Source: Zygnema circumcarinatum SAG 698-1b (Eukaryota > Plantae > Zygnematophyceae). Taken from it: a stretch of 64,000 nucleotides of DNA. Position 1 is the first letter of the stretch. Every line of letters starts with the position of its first letter. Where the stretch lies: NCBI GenBank assembly GCA_037447605.1, contig CM074817.1:372001-436000 (forward strand). Direction: 5' to 3'. The position numbers and the translations under genes are program-made. Shown in pieces: positions 47,985 through 62,619 of the stretch. The notes below the pieces were generated by a model that saw only the letters and a list, made by a program, of their open reading frames with translations, had not been told where the DNA came from and did not search any database.

Positions 47985-49248
47985 ATGGAGCTGTCTGTAG
48001 CGCATATGACAGGGCTGCGAGGATCTGCAAGTGATGTTCTCAGCCCGCAAGTGTACTTGAACGATTCTGGCGAGCCTCCAGGATCTTCTTTGACGCCGAT
48101 CAGGCGAGCACTGCTGAAACTGACACGCAGAATGCGGTTCCACATACGACAGGCGCTGAGGCTGCCAGTTGCCTCTAAGGCAGGCGTCCTTGTATCCATC
48201 ATCGCCTTGCTTGGAGTGATGACGACCTTAGTGCTTTACTATCATTCGAACATCAAAGATTTGTTAGTAGTTGAAGATCACACTACTTTGTCATATATTC
48301 TGCCGAAAAGGTAATCCCTTTCTGTTTTTCTTCTGGTGTTTGGAAAGGTTTATCCATTCGGCTTTTGACCAAGTTCATCTGAAAAGAGTTGCCTGCCTTT
48401 GTTGAAGTTCAGAATTTTGGCACCAAACCATAGCCGTGCAGTTAAATAACTGCAACAAGGAAAACACACATTTCTGGAGACTTTGCGTTGCGTGAGTCAC
48501 AGGGGGGCAGGAGAGTTACTACAACGAAATGACGCCATAGCAACGAAGGGAGGCCCAAGCACTGAAAGGACAAGCCGGCGGACCACCATGGGGATTGTAC
48601 AACGCCTAAAAGGACCAGCAGGAGGCAAGCAGAAGGTATATGCTCTGAAACCAGCCTTCCCAAAAAAGTGAAGCTACCGCCTTTAATAATGGATGTCCTG
48701 CAATCAATTCAAGCATGTGAAACAGTAACGTCATCACCTGAAAGATAATTGGGTCTGTCCTTGTCGAGGTAACGCAGCCTGTCAACAATTCAGGAGGAAG
48801 CAGAACAACTCCTTCAACAGTATTGCAATATATGTGGCGAACTGAGCCATTAAATTTTCACTTAGACATGTCAATCTTCAAGCACGTTTCAATCAAACAG
48901 ACCTTCGCTGGGTTCTCTCAAAACCGTAATCGAGGAGTTCTCGAGAACCAGCTCCAAATCAACACACAAAAGGTCTTCTCCGGAGGCGTCGGAGGTGCTT
49001 CACAACTGAATGCACAAGTGGGATTCAAAGGACTGGAATTCGTTTTTCCTTCAGTGGGAGACGTAATCTGCGCCTTGGCGCATGGCTGCGCGGGCAAACC
49101 AGATTCATTACTCTCTGGAACCGGAAGCATCCAAGCGGCGGATGGACAGAAAACCATCGGCAATCCTTTGTCATCAGATACAATCCGGAAAGGGCTATTT
49201 TCGCGTGACGGTCCTTTAGGAAGCACTGGTATTTTTTCGACCCCCTAA
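47985..49248 (+). CDS. Uncharacterised type II membrane protein candidate
   Basis: Exon 47985-48310 has a basic segment then TM GVLVSIIALLGVMTTLVLYY and a GT donor. Probable further exons ~48460-48635 and ~48901-49248. Confidence 0.4.
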
Positions 49249-49681
49249 AAGATCCTGGGAGGCGGTGATGGTAATGGTCCACTTGCTGTCTTTTAGCCAC
49301 TCCGTTAGGAAGTGGAAAGATTGCACCAAAGTTCAATCAATTTTCTTTTTTATGAGGATGGCAAGTCGCAAGGAGTTAAGGGTCCACAAGGTCCGCATGC
49401 ACGACATTTGTCTTTATAGAGCACGATCTACAATTATGAAGCATCATGACGTGTCAAGCCATGGCAATATCAACAACCACTGTTGAAAAACAAAGCTTGT
49501 TTAAGAGATCGATTTTACGAGCTACACTCTTTTGACAACCATCTACATTGTTTTTAGGGCCACAGGCCCTCAGAAAAAACTCAAATAGTTACAATTCTGC
49601 AGTACGTTGTGAATGACCATCGCAAGAGCGAATGCTCCTTCCGCGCTATGTACATTGGTTAAAAAAACATACACATACAAG

Positions 49682-52600
49682 TCAAAACAAGGACAGGTAT
49701 GGAACATCCTGCACTCGCTCAACTAAGATTGGAGTCTCTTGCTCGTCGACGTTCCATCCTTTCACTGACAGCTTGAAGTTTTCCCCTTCCCTGGCCTTAA
49801 ACTTCACATCCACTTCCATTGTCTCTCCCGGAACAAGAGACACATAGTTGTCTGAAAAACGGACCCCCAGTATTCTCCCGTCGCCTAACGTACCGCCATT
49901 TGGATCATCCGAGCGAACACTCATTCGGATGAAGAACGCTACGCCAGGTCCCGCCTTTGGACCATCATTCTCATACTCTTCCTCCTTTTCCTGTCCACTT
50001 TTGACGTTTTCTTGGACAAGAGTCTTCATCCTCACCAAGTCTCTTTCTTCATGACTACCTGCCATTGAGCTGTCCTTTCTGTAATGATCTTCACTCTCTG
50101 ACCTCTTTCTTTCTACATGGTGCTCTCCTTGTCCATCACTTAACGCAATCGCCAGGCCTTGCTTCAGTTTTTCTGGTCTTTCCTCTCTCTCCGCGACCGC
50201 ACTTTTCCCAAGTTCTAATTTGTTTCCTTGCCTTTTGGTCGTGTTTCCCAAAGACCTTTTGCCTTGGTTTGTTAGCTTGACTCGAAGGTTGAACCCACTC
50301 ATAGAATCACGCTTTCCAGAAACCTCCACACCCACTTTCACCTTCTCTCCTCGGAATTCACCGTCTAAAAGAGTGTAATCTCCACGAGCGGCATACATCC
50401 AATAAAAATTCCGTGACAGCTGAGATTCAGAGGAATCACACAGAGAAAGAAGAAGAAAATATACATCGCTTGCTCCCATGCAGGTGCAATCAGGGACCTA
50501 CAATGAACACCCCAAACAAAAAGTGACAAAAAATTTAGTCCGACCCCCAAGAAACTTCGTTCCGAGTTACTGCAATTCAGCATTAGCCGTCCCCTCATTA
50601 CCTGGAAAACTCTTGAAGTGCTGAATGGGTTGATGGTGAGGTTTCCAAATGTTGCATGATCCGGGCAAGTCCCATCCAGATTATATACAGATGCTCGGAC
50701 AGAAACGTTAACCAACTTAACCGCTGTAGAATTGACAACCTGCACACACCAAAGACATGAAGAACCTCTGGCCAATTCAGAAATTGAGAGGAAAGGGTAA
50801 TTGGGCAGAAGAGACGGACGGCAACTTTCCACTCTCTATGCAAGTTGTGCAGTGAATCATCGGAATTGACCTCAACAAAGCGAGAATGGAGATTTATTTG
50901 CACGTGAACCGGCTCTGCTGCCGCCCGGACCCCAAAGAGCCCTCCGCAGACATCGAGCTGCCAGTCATAGAGTTGGCCCCTCAGACCCGGCCAGGGATTC
51001 TGCGTCTTCCATATTAGAACTCCAGTATATCCGGTCCACATCCGAGAATTCCAGCTTTCTATAAGCGCGCGATATTGCACATAGTTCACCAGCTGAGCCT
51101 GTCGTTTCAAACGAGAGAAATAAGACTTGTGATAAAATAAAACTTTCGCAGAATCTTTGCAGTTTCAATGAAATTCAACCTAACAGCAACTGCACCCTAG
51201 AGTTCGGTAAAGCAAGGCACCTTGTTGCAGAAATCGTCGAGATTGGTTGGAAGTCCATACATGGCAATCTGATCTCGGACCATCCCCGGTTTCGAGTATG
51301 GAATGTATGTGTGATAATCCCACGCTCTATTAGGAATCTCCTCAATATCTCCGTCTCCAAGCACCTTAAATTCAGGTGGACTCCAGTACTCCGAAGGAAA
51401 GGTGGATCGTATTGTGCTCGCCTCAGGCATACCCACATTTCCGATTTCCGGGTTGAACCCCCACGGGTAGAATCCTGAGGTGTAGAAATCTTCCGGATTC
51501 AGAATGTTGTACGGTCCATCACTCCATGCCCCCCTGCCTTCTCCAAAGCCGTCCCACAAAGAGCCCTGAATGTAAGGGCGCGTGCCATCAAGAAGAAGAC
51601 TCGGATCTTCCTCCATGGAGTTAGGCCTAGGAGAGCCATCGTTTCCATGTATGTGAAGATTCAGTTCATCGGTTTTATCCACTGATAAACCCCTTTCCTC
51701 TGCATTACCTCCTCCATCCCTTCCTTTGCCAGCAGCAGCAGCAACAAACGGCAATTCTGAAACCTCGTCTGCTTCCCCACCCTCCTCCAAACCGAGGAGC
51801 AATCCTAACCCCTTTGGAGAACTCTCTCCTTCGCTTGTTTTCCCGTCTATGACCTCCTCACGCCCCCCATCTTCCTGAACCCTGACCTCTCCCCTTGCTG
51901 CCCGGTAACCAAGCCTCAGCTTCGGATCTGCTCCGGAAGGAGGGCTCACAATTGCAGAAGATGCCACACTCTGAGGGAGAATTCCATTAAGGCGCAAATC
52001 AGCAATGAGGGCGGAGTTCAGATCTTCCGGAGGAGTGGTTTCATTTCCGCCTACCCACAAAGCAAGGCTCGGATGGTTCCGTAAAAGCTTTACAGTGTCC
52101 CGTGCACATAGAAGGAAGAGGTTGTGGTCTAACGGCCAGTTTGGATCGGACGGTTCTATGCCGCGACCGTTGCAGTCTCCTGTGATCCAAAACTCTTGCC
52201 ACACCTGTGACATGGACACGTGGCAGATGCTTGTAGGGCGTATCTAAAGCCATGCGTGCGGAATGAAAGCTGGAGAAAGCTATCAACAAGAGCTTTTGAA
52301 AATCGCTCAGGCATACCCTGGAGATTTACCATCAAGAACATTGATGGCTTGGAAGATTGATCACTGTAAGGAATATGTATGCTACTATATGGTAACAAGT
52401 TTTAAGAATTCTCTCACCAGAATTCCGCGTTCGTCACATGCATCGTAGAATTCGGGACGTTCTGCGAGAGCTCCGCCCCACACGCGAATCATGTTCAGAT
52501 TTGCATCTGCGTGGAAGCTGACTTCTGTCGCGTAGCGGTCCTTTGACAACCGAAGCATGCCGTCCGACACGATCCAATTCCCGCCGCGAATGAACACCGG

Positions 52601-55507
52601 CTGCTGGTTCACTCTAAAAAGCCTGAAATGCACACGTGGAAAAGAATAAAATAAACAGAATTTCATGGTATGACACATGATATGATGTGAAGGGAGGTTT
52701 GAACGTTCAATATCAGTCCATTTCATTTCAAGAGGAAACATTCCAAAGCAACCCACATGAAAATAAACTGTTCTTCATGGGACGATGCTTTTCAAGCTGA
52801 GTGACCCAATCACAAAGACAACACAGGCCTTCATCCAGAATGGGAGATAACTTGACAGCAAACGGACCTGCCACGTGTGCTTGGATCAATGGTGGAGACG
52901 ATCTGGCGAAATCCAAACCGTTCTTTCCACGAATCAGTTTCCCCGTATTCGCTGACCTCAGCCGTGACCTCAACAGTGTAAAGCGGCTGCTCGCCGAGTC
53001 CGTTTGGCCACCACAATTGAGGCATTGTGAATTTCAACTGTCCGTACAACAGCCCCACATTACCTCTTAAAAATAAAGAAAAACGTAAGGACGTCATCTG
53101 CTGAGCTTACTCCAAAACATGAACATCTGTACAGCGGTCTGTTTGACAAAATCATTCCCACTCCTTTACAACGGATAGAGCGGACCGGGAACAAAGGTAA
53201 GAAGGGAAGCTTTGAATAGCGATCGGCAAAACTTACTGGCGTGAAAGTGTGAGTGATTGTTTCCCCTGCTCCAATTTTAAAGTCTTCTGATTGGCTGGCA
53301 TGCACGAGGCAGAGGTCCGGTTCAACCTCTAAAGACACAATGACTGTGATGGAGCCTATGGCTGCTTTTTTGGATGCATTTTTTAGTTCTGACGATACAT
53401 GAAGCAGAGCTTCTGTGAGGTCAGCTTTTGTGAAGACGGAGACGAGGTGGGTGTCCTGAATAACAACTGGCTGCAAAACATATCCAAGTTTAGGCACAGT
53501 TGGACAAAAACAGCATTGTTGAGATAAGTTTTCTTGTCCTGGCAAGGTTCGACATTGCAAGAGGAAACTTCTGGTGGTATGGAGACTTCAACCAATGACT
53601 GAAACAGGCAGAAAAGGGAGGGAAAAGGGGAGGATGGGGTTGACTATCCTCGAGTTTGCAACTTACTCCCGTGAGTTTGAGGGCCACCTCGTCCCACATG
53701 CCCGTGTTCCGGTCCCTGTTTGGGCCAACCGCAAACCTTCGTAAGACCTATAGACACATGATGATTGCATCAGCATTCACGGGCCAAACAGGAACTCGGA
53801 ACTTCAGCAGAATGATGTGTTATCTTTCAGAAAGAGGAGCATAGAGCAATCACTGCCTCTGCGGTCCGCCCCAGGAAAAGCCCAATCTTTCTTTCTTTTC
53901 ATCAACAGTTCATTTTCAACGCACGGTTTTAGACTATATCCAATGCGACAGGCCCCACAAGGAGGGAACGGCCACAAGCAGCAGTGGGTGGCAGAACAGC
54001 ATGGGTAGGAAGCAGAGAAAGCAGGGAATAGAGAGAAATTGGCCCATGAGAGAATTAGAGAAAGAAGGTCGATGGAGATATGGCAGAAGCAGCAGCGAGG
54101 AGTAGTGAGCAGCAGCAGATGATGGGGGATTGAGAGGCGGCGGAGCAATGTGAGAGGGAGCAGGGCGAAGGGAGTAAGAAAACGTAAGACGCATGAGAGG
54201 AGTAATCAACCAACCTGATTGGGATGATCCAGTCCCATCCCTCCACATATTGTGCAGAGACATCCTTCGCAATCTGCACATCAAAGCCGACGGCAGCGAT
54301 ATCACTTATAGATCTACATCTGATGCTGCAAGTCCAAAAGTAGAGGTGGCCCAATGATGCGACATTGTGGTGCGCAAAGCAGAGGTGGCGTTAAGGGGAC
54401 AGCCCACGTCATGATCGCCGCCCTGCCCGCCTCCCTCCACTCTCCCCGGATGGTCCGGAGGATGAACCAACACCGCCACTTTGTTCGTTCTGCCAAACTG
54501 AGCAACATCCGTAACATCGAGACGGTGCCGCAGAAACATGCCACGTGGCTGTGCTAGAGGTATTTGTCTTCCATTGACATAAACATCAGCAGAGTAATTG
54601 ATGCCTCGGAAAAGTAGCCAGACTCTGCTGCTGTGGCCTCCCTGCCAATACCCAGGAGATTTGGGATGTCCTTTAGCCAGGTATAAGCTCGGATGTTAGC
54701 AAGCAAGCAGAGAGAGGCAGTGCTCAGGAGGAGGCGCGCTCTGTTAAAGGCTGCTCACCGCAGCTTTTTGAGATGTAGACTTAGGCAAGTTGAAGCGTGT
54801 GCAGAACCAAAAGGTGTAGAAATCACGGCCAACTGCCCCAATGTCAGGAATGCTTTCGCTGTTGAGGCCGTAAAATGGCTCCGGAAAGACTCCATTCTTC
54901 ACAAGCGTAGTCAGGACCCTGCTACCATGAACCGCATGGTATCAGCATCGTGAAGTTAAAAATGAAGAAAAAAGACCTGGAAAGATAGCACAAGAATTAC
55001 CTCTTAAGCTTTTGTTATTGCATGGTTTCCAAAATACCTCGGGCTTACAAATGAGGAGTCCAAATACAAAATGGCCTTGATAATGTATCATGACTAGGAC
55101 CTGCCTCCATTGACGTTCGCTCGAAAATGCACAATCATGGTCGTAAATATATTTTATCTTCTGCACTTCTTAAGTGCTACAAACAAAATTCTTTCAATTT
55201 TAAAAAGTTCTGCGATGGAATCAGAAGACCAACCTAGATTGGACGGCGCTTCTGTTTTAATTAATTAAGATAATTGTAATGCACTACTTTTGAAACTCAA
55301 GTATTTCGTTGTCTGGAAGTACAGCCCTATCGTTTCGACACAAGAAAGCTGTACGGACACTCACGTGCCGGGAACAACAGCTGGAAGCCATCCATCAGCG
55401 CCATGTTGCGGACTCCCGCTGGCAGACAGCTGCTCTCCTGTCTCCTGCACGTCTCCCGCTCTCTTGGCGACCCAATCTTGATCCAACCTCAGGAAAAACG
55501 GAGTCAT
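49682..55507 (-). CDS. EBM: Mannosylglycoprotein endo-beta-mannosidase (GH2)
   Basis: [159 protein letters not shown]. Confidence 0.93.
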
Positions 55508-56647
55508 GCTTTCAATTCAGTCCAGACGACTTAAACAATTGCTACCGTGCATATGCAAACAGTCGTTTGGGCCCTAATAATACATGAAGATGGTTTTTGA
55601 AAATGTATTCAGCCAGCATTATGGCCTTCGTGTAATGTACCCCAGAACACTTGACGCACTCTCTGCAGCAGCCCAGCACTTATGACGACGGCGCCACGGC
55701 AGGAAGCAATTTGCCACGTGGCAGGCGTTGATTCGTCGATGGTCAGGCTGGCGAACTCACGGCACAATACGGGCACGGAGAAACCAGTTACGGCCACATC
55801 CAAAACGACAGTAAAGTCAAAGTCAACGTCATCACAATCTTTAGCGCTGGCGGCTGGCCAATCAGCAGAGTCCCGCGGTACCTCACCGTACGGTTCGCTG
55901 GCCAGTAACTCGCCGGTTGGCTGACTGTTTCACCACGTGACAGCATCCAATTGGCTGGCAGGATGCTGCTGTGTCGCCAGTGGCTTCGGGTGTGCCTGTC
56001 ACTCCCCATACATAAAACGCTGCAGCGCATGCGCCCTCCCTCCAGCGCGGGCACTTCCTTTAATCACGGAGGCCGTCCTGCGAGGAAATTCGAGTTCTGG
56101 CATGCACGGACGCATGCAGGAGCTGTGAAGCTGCGGCCCGATCGATATTGGATGTGTTGACGGGCTGGACACGCGACAGGAGGAACCTGGAAGACTGCAA
56201 GAAAGAGGCAAGAGCTGGCAAGGTAGGATCACACTCCGCGTCTGACTTTCAAGGAAGTGGGAGAGCGGTTGTAATGTCTTTCTTTTGGGGCACATTAGAG
56301 CGGTTGATCCCTAGTTTATTGCACCTTTATCTCTAGCTCTCCTCGGCACAAAGTACGCCTTCAGGTCCCTTCACTCGTACTCCCTCCCTCCCTCCCTCCC
56401 TCCCTCCATGCATTCACACGCTGCTGCCAGTATCTTTGTGGATGTTCTCCTCTAACACGGGCACTGCCTGTCAAGCCAAGCGCTTCTAGTTTGGGAAATC
56501 ACTCGTGTGCGCGCTGCACTAGAAGCAGCAGCCACATTTGGACCAGCGGGGAAACCCAGACATGCTATGTACAAGGGCAATGTACGGCCTGGGATTATGT
56601 ACAGTCCAAGGGCTCTCCCTGTCGAAAAAACAGTAACGAGGTCAGAA

Positions 56648-58970
56648 TCAACCAACAAGGAGAACTTTTCCTTCGCCAGCATGCTGCTGTGCCTCCATTA
56701 TGGCAGCTTTGACATCGGCGAGATCGAACTGTTTCCCAACACGCGGGACGATGATCCCCTCCTTTAGCAGAGTCATGATGTAGTGGGCCAGCGCATCCCT
56801 CCTCGCCGGAGTCCCATACTTGCGTTGGATCCAATGGAACAAGTAGAATCCGTGGAGGCGGACGTCCCTGCAATATATGCATGTAAACAAAACATGTAAC
56901 GCTTGTGTTCAAATTGCAATCCTGGAAAGTCACGCTTGCTTCTAACGAAGGATGACATAGCAGTTTCGGCGGAGGTTGCATGCAAGTTCTGAGAGAGTTC
57001 CGTTGTCGCATATCATATACTATGCCTACTACGCCACCACCATCACGAAGTAGAGACAAGCCTTCACTTCAGCAGCACCATCAGTCTCCTCCTGGAAGGG
57101 TCAACTGACGAGTCAGAGTTACTCAGCCATGCCATGCTCAAATGCTTTCTCCTGAAGGAGAAGGTGTGCAGAACCTGAGGAGCAGGTCCCTGTGGGTGAC
57201 CGCGACCTCGTCCCCCGCAAACGCGCCGTACACGAGTACGGTCCCCCCGTCCCGCACGCACGAGGCGACCGCCTTAGTGGCCTTCCCTCCGACCGGGTCC
57301 ACCGCTCCATAGACGCCGCCGCCCCGCGTGGCCTCCCTCACCGCCGCCACCACGTCCTCCTCCTCGCTGTTCACAACCTGCACGTGTTTCGACCAGTGTG
57401 AGGGCATGCACAGGGCATGGGTCAATCGTCGACTAGCATATGGCTGCCTTGCTACAGACATGATAAGCTGCTCGTGCCATGATAAGCTGTAGATCCCATG
57501 GAATTGTGAAGAAACACGCCGGTAAAGCATTCAGGGGTGGAGATGGAGGTCTTGCCAGACCATCACGAAGAGAATAAGAAACAGATGTTCAGTCATTTAA
57601 GAAGTTATCAGCGACATTCAAAGCTTTCGTGGAATGTTCAGAGCACGTTTTGTGTCGAAGCGTTTGCATACCACATCTGCTCCAAGCTTTTTGAGCTCCT
57701 CAACTGCTCCACTGCGCCGCACCACGTTCACAGTTTTTATACCCTGATGCCGCGCGTACTGGATGAACTGCTTTCCCAATGCAGAAGAAGCTGCAGTCTG
57801 GAGAACATACTCTCCGCGTGGTACGTCAAGTTCCTGCGAATATTTCACCGAGTGTCGGATCAGCATGCCAAATCTCTGACTCGACACTAATCACCTCACA
57901 CTACTCGATCAATCTAGGGACTGCAAAATAGTTGGTGACTAAGTTTCAGTGCGCTGCCGTTCTGCCGAAAGTATCCAAGGTCTTCCGAGAATGTCAATGC
58001 CTATACGGAGAAATTTCATGTTTTCTGCTGCATTTTAGTGCAGAAAAAAAGAAGTATGTAGCGTCTAGAGACAGCTTACGTCCAGTAATCCCACAACTGT
58101 CCATGGATTGATGAAAAACTGAGCCGCAGAGCCATCAGAGACTTCATCGGGAACAGCGACAACATTTTCAGCGGCCGCAGTGATGTACTCTTGCCAGGTG
58201 CCATCTCCCTGCCGGCCCTTCTCAGAAACAAGGGGGACAACTCGCTGTCCAACCTGCAGAAATGCGACATAAGCAAAGTAAGCAAGACAAGTGCCTTAAG
58301 CTAAGTATTTTTTTTTCCTTAAGCTATTGTAATTAACGGGTGTGAGACTTGCCGTCCACGTGCAGTGCATCTCTCTGCCCGTATATGTGCTCTTGCACGC
58401 GGTAAACGTGGAATAAATCATCTGCGACGTAGGATTGAAGTTGTGCAGCTAATCTCACATTCAAATAACCACGACTGCCTAAGTAATTACAAATTCTCGA
58501 CGATGCATGCAGGTGATAATTGCGCACGAGAAAGCTCTCTCAATTGTCTCCACTTCCTTTTTACAATCCTTTTTTGGCGTTGACGAGAGAACTCGTTTTC
58601 CTGACTGCGAGTAAGCCCATAAATCACGGCAATCCCATCTGGAAAACACTCCAGTAACTTCTGCCGATAGGCACATGCTTGCTTGGCGTGGATGCACGAG
58701 ATTGCTCACATGGACATCTCTCACCGCTTCTCCCACAGCTTCCACGACTCCCATCCCTTCTAATCCAGGCGTAATCGGCCACTTCTCTGGAGTAAACTCT
58801 ACATATCGCCCTGATAATGTCATGATGTCTGAAGGATTCACTGGTCGGCAACGCAGGCGGATAAGAACTTCGTTTTCTGTAAACTTTGGTATGCGTTTGT
58901 TTGGATTCAAGATAAGCTGTGTCAGATAATCTTCACCGCTCGGCGATTTCATCTGCACCGCCCGCTGCAT
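56648..58970 (-). CDS. Zinc-free medium-chain reductase (quinone oxidoreductase / trans-2-enoyl-CoA reductase-like)
   Basis: EVLIRLRCRPVNPSDIMTLSGRY, TPGLEGMGVVEAVG, GTWQEY, AAQFFINPWT, VLQTAASSALGK, GAVDPVGG, LVYGAF, GKVLLVG. Five exons. Confidence 0.87.
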
Positions 58971-59946
58971 GGTGTCTAAACTAACCAAATGCAATGGAAT
59001 CTTTTCTGCAGTCGTTCGCTTCTGTGTAGATATTTGCTTCTGCAAGACGAAATCTTCCAAGCTTGGAGTCTGATTCCTGAAGCCGAGCTCGCGCAAAGTC
59101 TTGCTCACTGTTGCGGATTGTTGGAAAAGCTGTTGTCGCTCGGCTGCGCCGCTTCTGCCATGCGGAGGAGGCAAAAGTAGCCAATGGCTGTCTGTGGATC
59201 AGCTTACTGCGATCTCAGTCACATGCAAGCGTTTGCATGCATAATCCGCTAGAGTATGTACCGACATGTTTTGACGACCCGTTAGCTTCTGAAAACTGCT
59301 GCACTGCGCTGTACTTCGTTCATGCATTCAACACGACAACACACACACAAACACACATTCTGTCGTAGCTCATAGAGTCATTTCTGGCTACATGATTGTT
59401 CTTGGAAATTTTGTACAACGAGTCTACTCTTGTGACTCACAAATTTTCCCACATTTGACCAAATTTTATGATAGACAACACAATTTTCTCACGTTCACGT
59501 TCACGTTACGTTACGTTCATTCATACTAAGATTGAAATCACATACAAGAAAAAACTTAGCATTGGTAGACAGTTTACAAGCTTCCCGCTACTCGCTGCGC
59601 GAATGGACCAGACCACTGAATATTCCTCCACTAAAAATCAGTATGTTACAGCAGTGAAGGTGAGACCAACGTAGGAAGGAGAAACATCGGCATTATTCGA
59701 GGTGTTGCCATTATCTGTTGTTCTTACTGACACATGCGTCTGCCGAGCTATTATATTGACTAATATATCATCTCCGCAACCTGAAAAGATAAGACTTACA
59801 CCACTGCGATCTTGGTTAATTTATCCTCCCGGCCCACAAGTGATGAAAAAATAGCCTCTACTCCAATGTGCACATCAGGAACACTATTATTCCTTCCTAC
59901 AGAAGTCCCCTGAACGCTTTTCCCTTTCTCTTGCCGCTCTGTAGCT

Positions 59947-62619
59947 TCAGCAGCTCAACAGAACTTGCTTCCGAGGCCATCCCTCCTCGAACCTGGACAG
60001 AATGTCAGCCGTCACCCTTGTTCCTTGGAAATCGACATATTCAAGGTCTTGACACAAATGGGCCACACAGAAGGCGCCTGCGTTTGACACGTGTGCTCCA
60101 CGGATGCTTAGCTGCACAAGGTCCTGGTTTGACAGAACAAGCGCTTCCAAGGCCCAGTCCAGGAGGTTTCCAAATCCCTCCAAATGAAGGCTGGTCAGAT
60201 TGCTGCAGCGATCAGCTAACACAGCGATGGCAGCATTGATGTCGTCAAACTCCATGGAGTTGTTGCCGATCACACGCAGAGACTTCAAATTGGATCCGAT
60301 GTTGCCAATCGCCATCATGGTCGGGAGGGCAACAAAGATTTCTCTCGTCATTCCGCGCCTCGTTTGCTTTGTGATGGGGAGATTGATGCTAAGAGCTGCA
60401 AGACATCAAGAATAGGTGGACACGTGAGTATTGGTCCACACAGACAGAAGAATACCAGAATTCAAGCTTTAACCATGTTGACGATTGGAGGAGGAAACTC
60501 ACTGTGAAGGTTCAGGCAGTTGGAGATGAGCGCCTCAATCGCAGGAAGAGTGAAGACTGACGGATTCGACGCGAGGGGATCGACGATGCAGTTGAACGAC
60601 TCCAAATGCTTGCAACCTTCTGCCAAATATTCAATACTCCTGTACCAGCAAACAAACGAACATGTAGGGAGGGTCAACAACAGGTCCTCACTTGCAAACC
60701 CCCTCCATTTCACGAACAATACAAAAACGCTCAAAAATCTCTGTACCGACTGTTAGCCAAAAGCTTGAAACCGTCGACCGCCTGACCCTCTTTGGAACCC
60801 TAAACCCTAACGAAACCCCTCTTACCTGTCAGAGAGGCCTTCGCTTCCAGAGATATCGACGTCAGTGAGGAGAGGACACGTGGCCGCCAGCAGCTTCATG
60901 GCATCGTCTGAAATGTCCCGCGCATTGCGGAGGTGCAGGCGGCGGAGGTTCGGACAGTTCGTCGCCACAGCGAGGAGGGAGGCGTCGCCCTGCGCGCCTT
61001 CCAGGTCGAGATTGGTCAGCAGCCAGCCCGCGCCACACGATGGGCCGCCCTCCACAGGGGAGAGGGCGGAGGCGAAAGAGAGCCTGCTCACAGAGAGGCT
61101 GTCCAGATTGCCCCACTTGTCCATAGCTGCAAGAGGAAGCACAAACGAATGCAAATGTCAGACACTGGATGCTCTTTCTTGGCTGACTACCCAACTTAAA
61201 AAGACATACACACACGTTCGGCCGCAGGGGTTTACTACACTTGCCAACCTCGAATATGGCGGGGATGAGAATGCCCCCATTAATGACTGTAGGAGGGAAA
61301 TAAGTGTACCTTCTCTGGAAACTGTATCTCCCGCCAGGCGCACACTCTTGAGGTTGTCGCAGTCGTTAAGGAGGGTCAGCAGAGCGGCATCCGTGACTCG
61401 GGCGCTACTCCGAAGGTCCACCACCTCAATCAGAGGACAGTTCTCTGCTCACACAAAGACAGAACCTATCTCAGATAAATTACATACATTAACAGGAACA
61501 ATACTTAGCAATGTAGCGCAGGACACAAACGAGAAAGTAGAACTCAAGAAATAACCTACACAAAGCACACATTCGAGAACTAATCCCTAAATTTGTCCAG
61601 AAAACAACAATGCAAGATACAGGACCCGAGCACAGGAAAAGCGAGCGAGAGCAGCCATATGATAAGCTATGATATGATGAGCCACATGATTACACACCTG
61701 AGAGAGCAATGAATACGTCCGACAGCGAGGTGCTTTCCTCTCCGTGCGCCCACCCTCCCCCGAGCTGGGCCCTAATGCAGCGCAGCTCGGGAAGGCCTCT
61801 CGCCATCATCACTGCCTGCTCGTGCGACATACTGCAGCCACGGAGGCTGAAGGAGAAGAGCTCCGGGCAGCCTGCAACAAGGGCTTCTACTATTGCATTC
61901 AGTACCACGCGTTCCTGCATGTTTACGAACCGGCTCATGCTCAGTTCCAGCACTTGAAGACTCGCACATTTGCCCGCGATTGCCATGAGGGCTGTGTTCA
62001 CGTCCCCCATGAACTCCTCAACTTCCAGCGAGATCAAGTAGGGACAGCTGATTGCTACTGCCGCGAGACCCGCAAAGGAGCAATGCGCAATTTTGATTTC
62101 GGTGAGTTCGTTGCAGCTGAGGTCCACAGCCTTGCGCATGAAGCGGTCTCCCACAGAGAGAAACTTTGAGAGAGAAGCTTCTGCGAGAGGGTCCAGGTCC
62201 CACACGCATTCCTTCAGGACTTCATCTAAAGGCTCCTCCGCCATCCCCTTCCCGCCATTGGGCTTGTTTGGGCCCAGCACTGCGGTTAGGACGCGCTGCC
62301 GAGCCCACGCGCGGCCGTCCATGGCTTCCCAGCAGCGCGGGGCCACCACCGCGTGGTGCCACGTCAGACACGCCAGCCCCGCAGCGAGCCGGTCCTGCGG
62401 CTGGAGCTGCACGAAGATATTCACGAGAAGGTCCTGCGAGAGAGAGGCCCAGTCGTGGTCTGCGCCATTCGGAGAGAGAGAAATGCGAGAAAGGCTTCTG
62501 ACGACTGCGCTCTTCCTCCCTCCTCCAACTGCCTTGCGCCCTTCCCCCCCCGCATGAGCCGCCTTCGACATCACTGCAAGACGGCTCTCACAAACCTCGC
62601 TACGTCTGAATGCAGCCAT
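59947..62619 (-). CDS. F-box/LRR-repeat protein
   Basis: F-box DWASLSQDLLVNIFVQLQPQDRLAAGLACLTWHHA, then cysteine-containing LRRs (CPYLISLEV, CPNLRRLHL, CPLLTDVDIS, CKHLESF). About five exons. TATA-like TATATA at ~62728. Confidence 0.87.

Noticed and set aside
60796-60810. AACCCTAAACCCTAA telomere/telo-box motif
   Set aside because: Only two units, inside an F-box intron; too short to interpret
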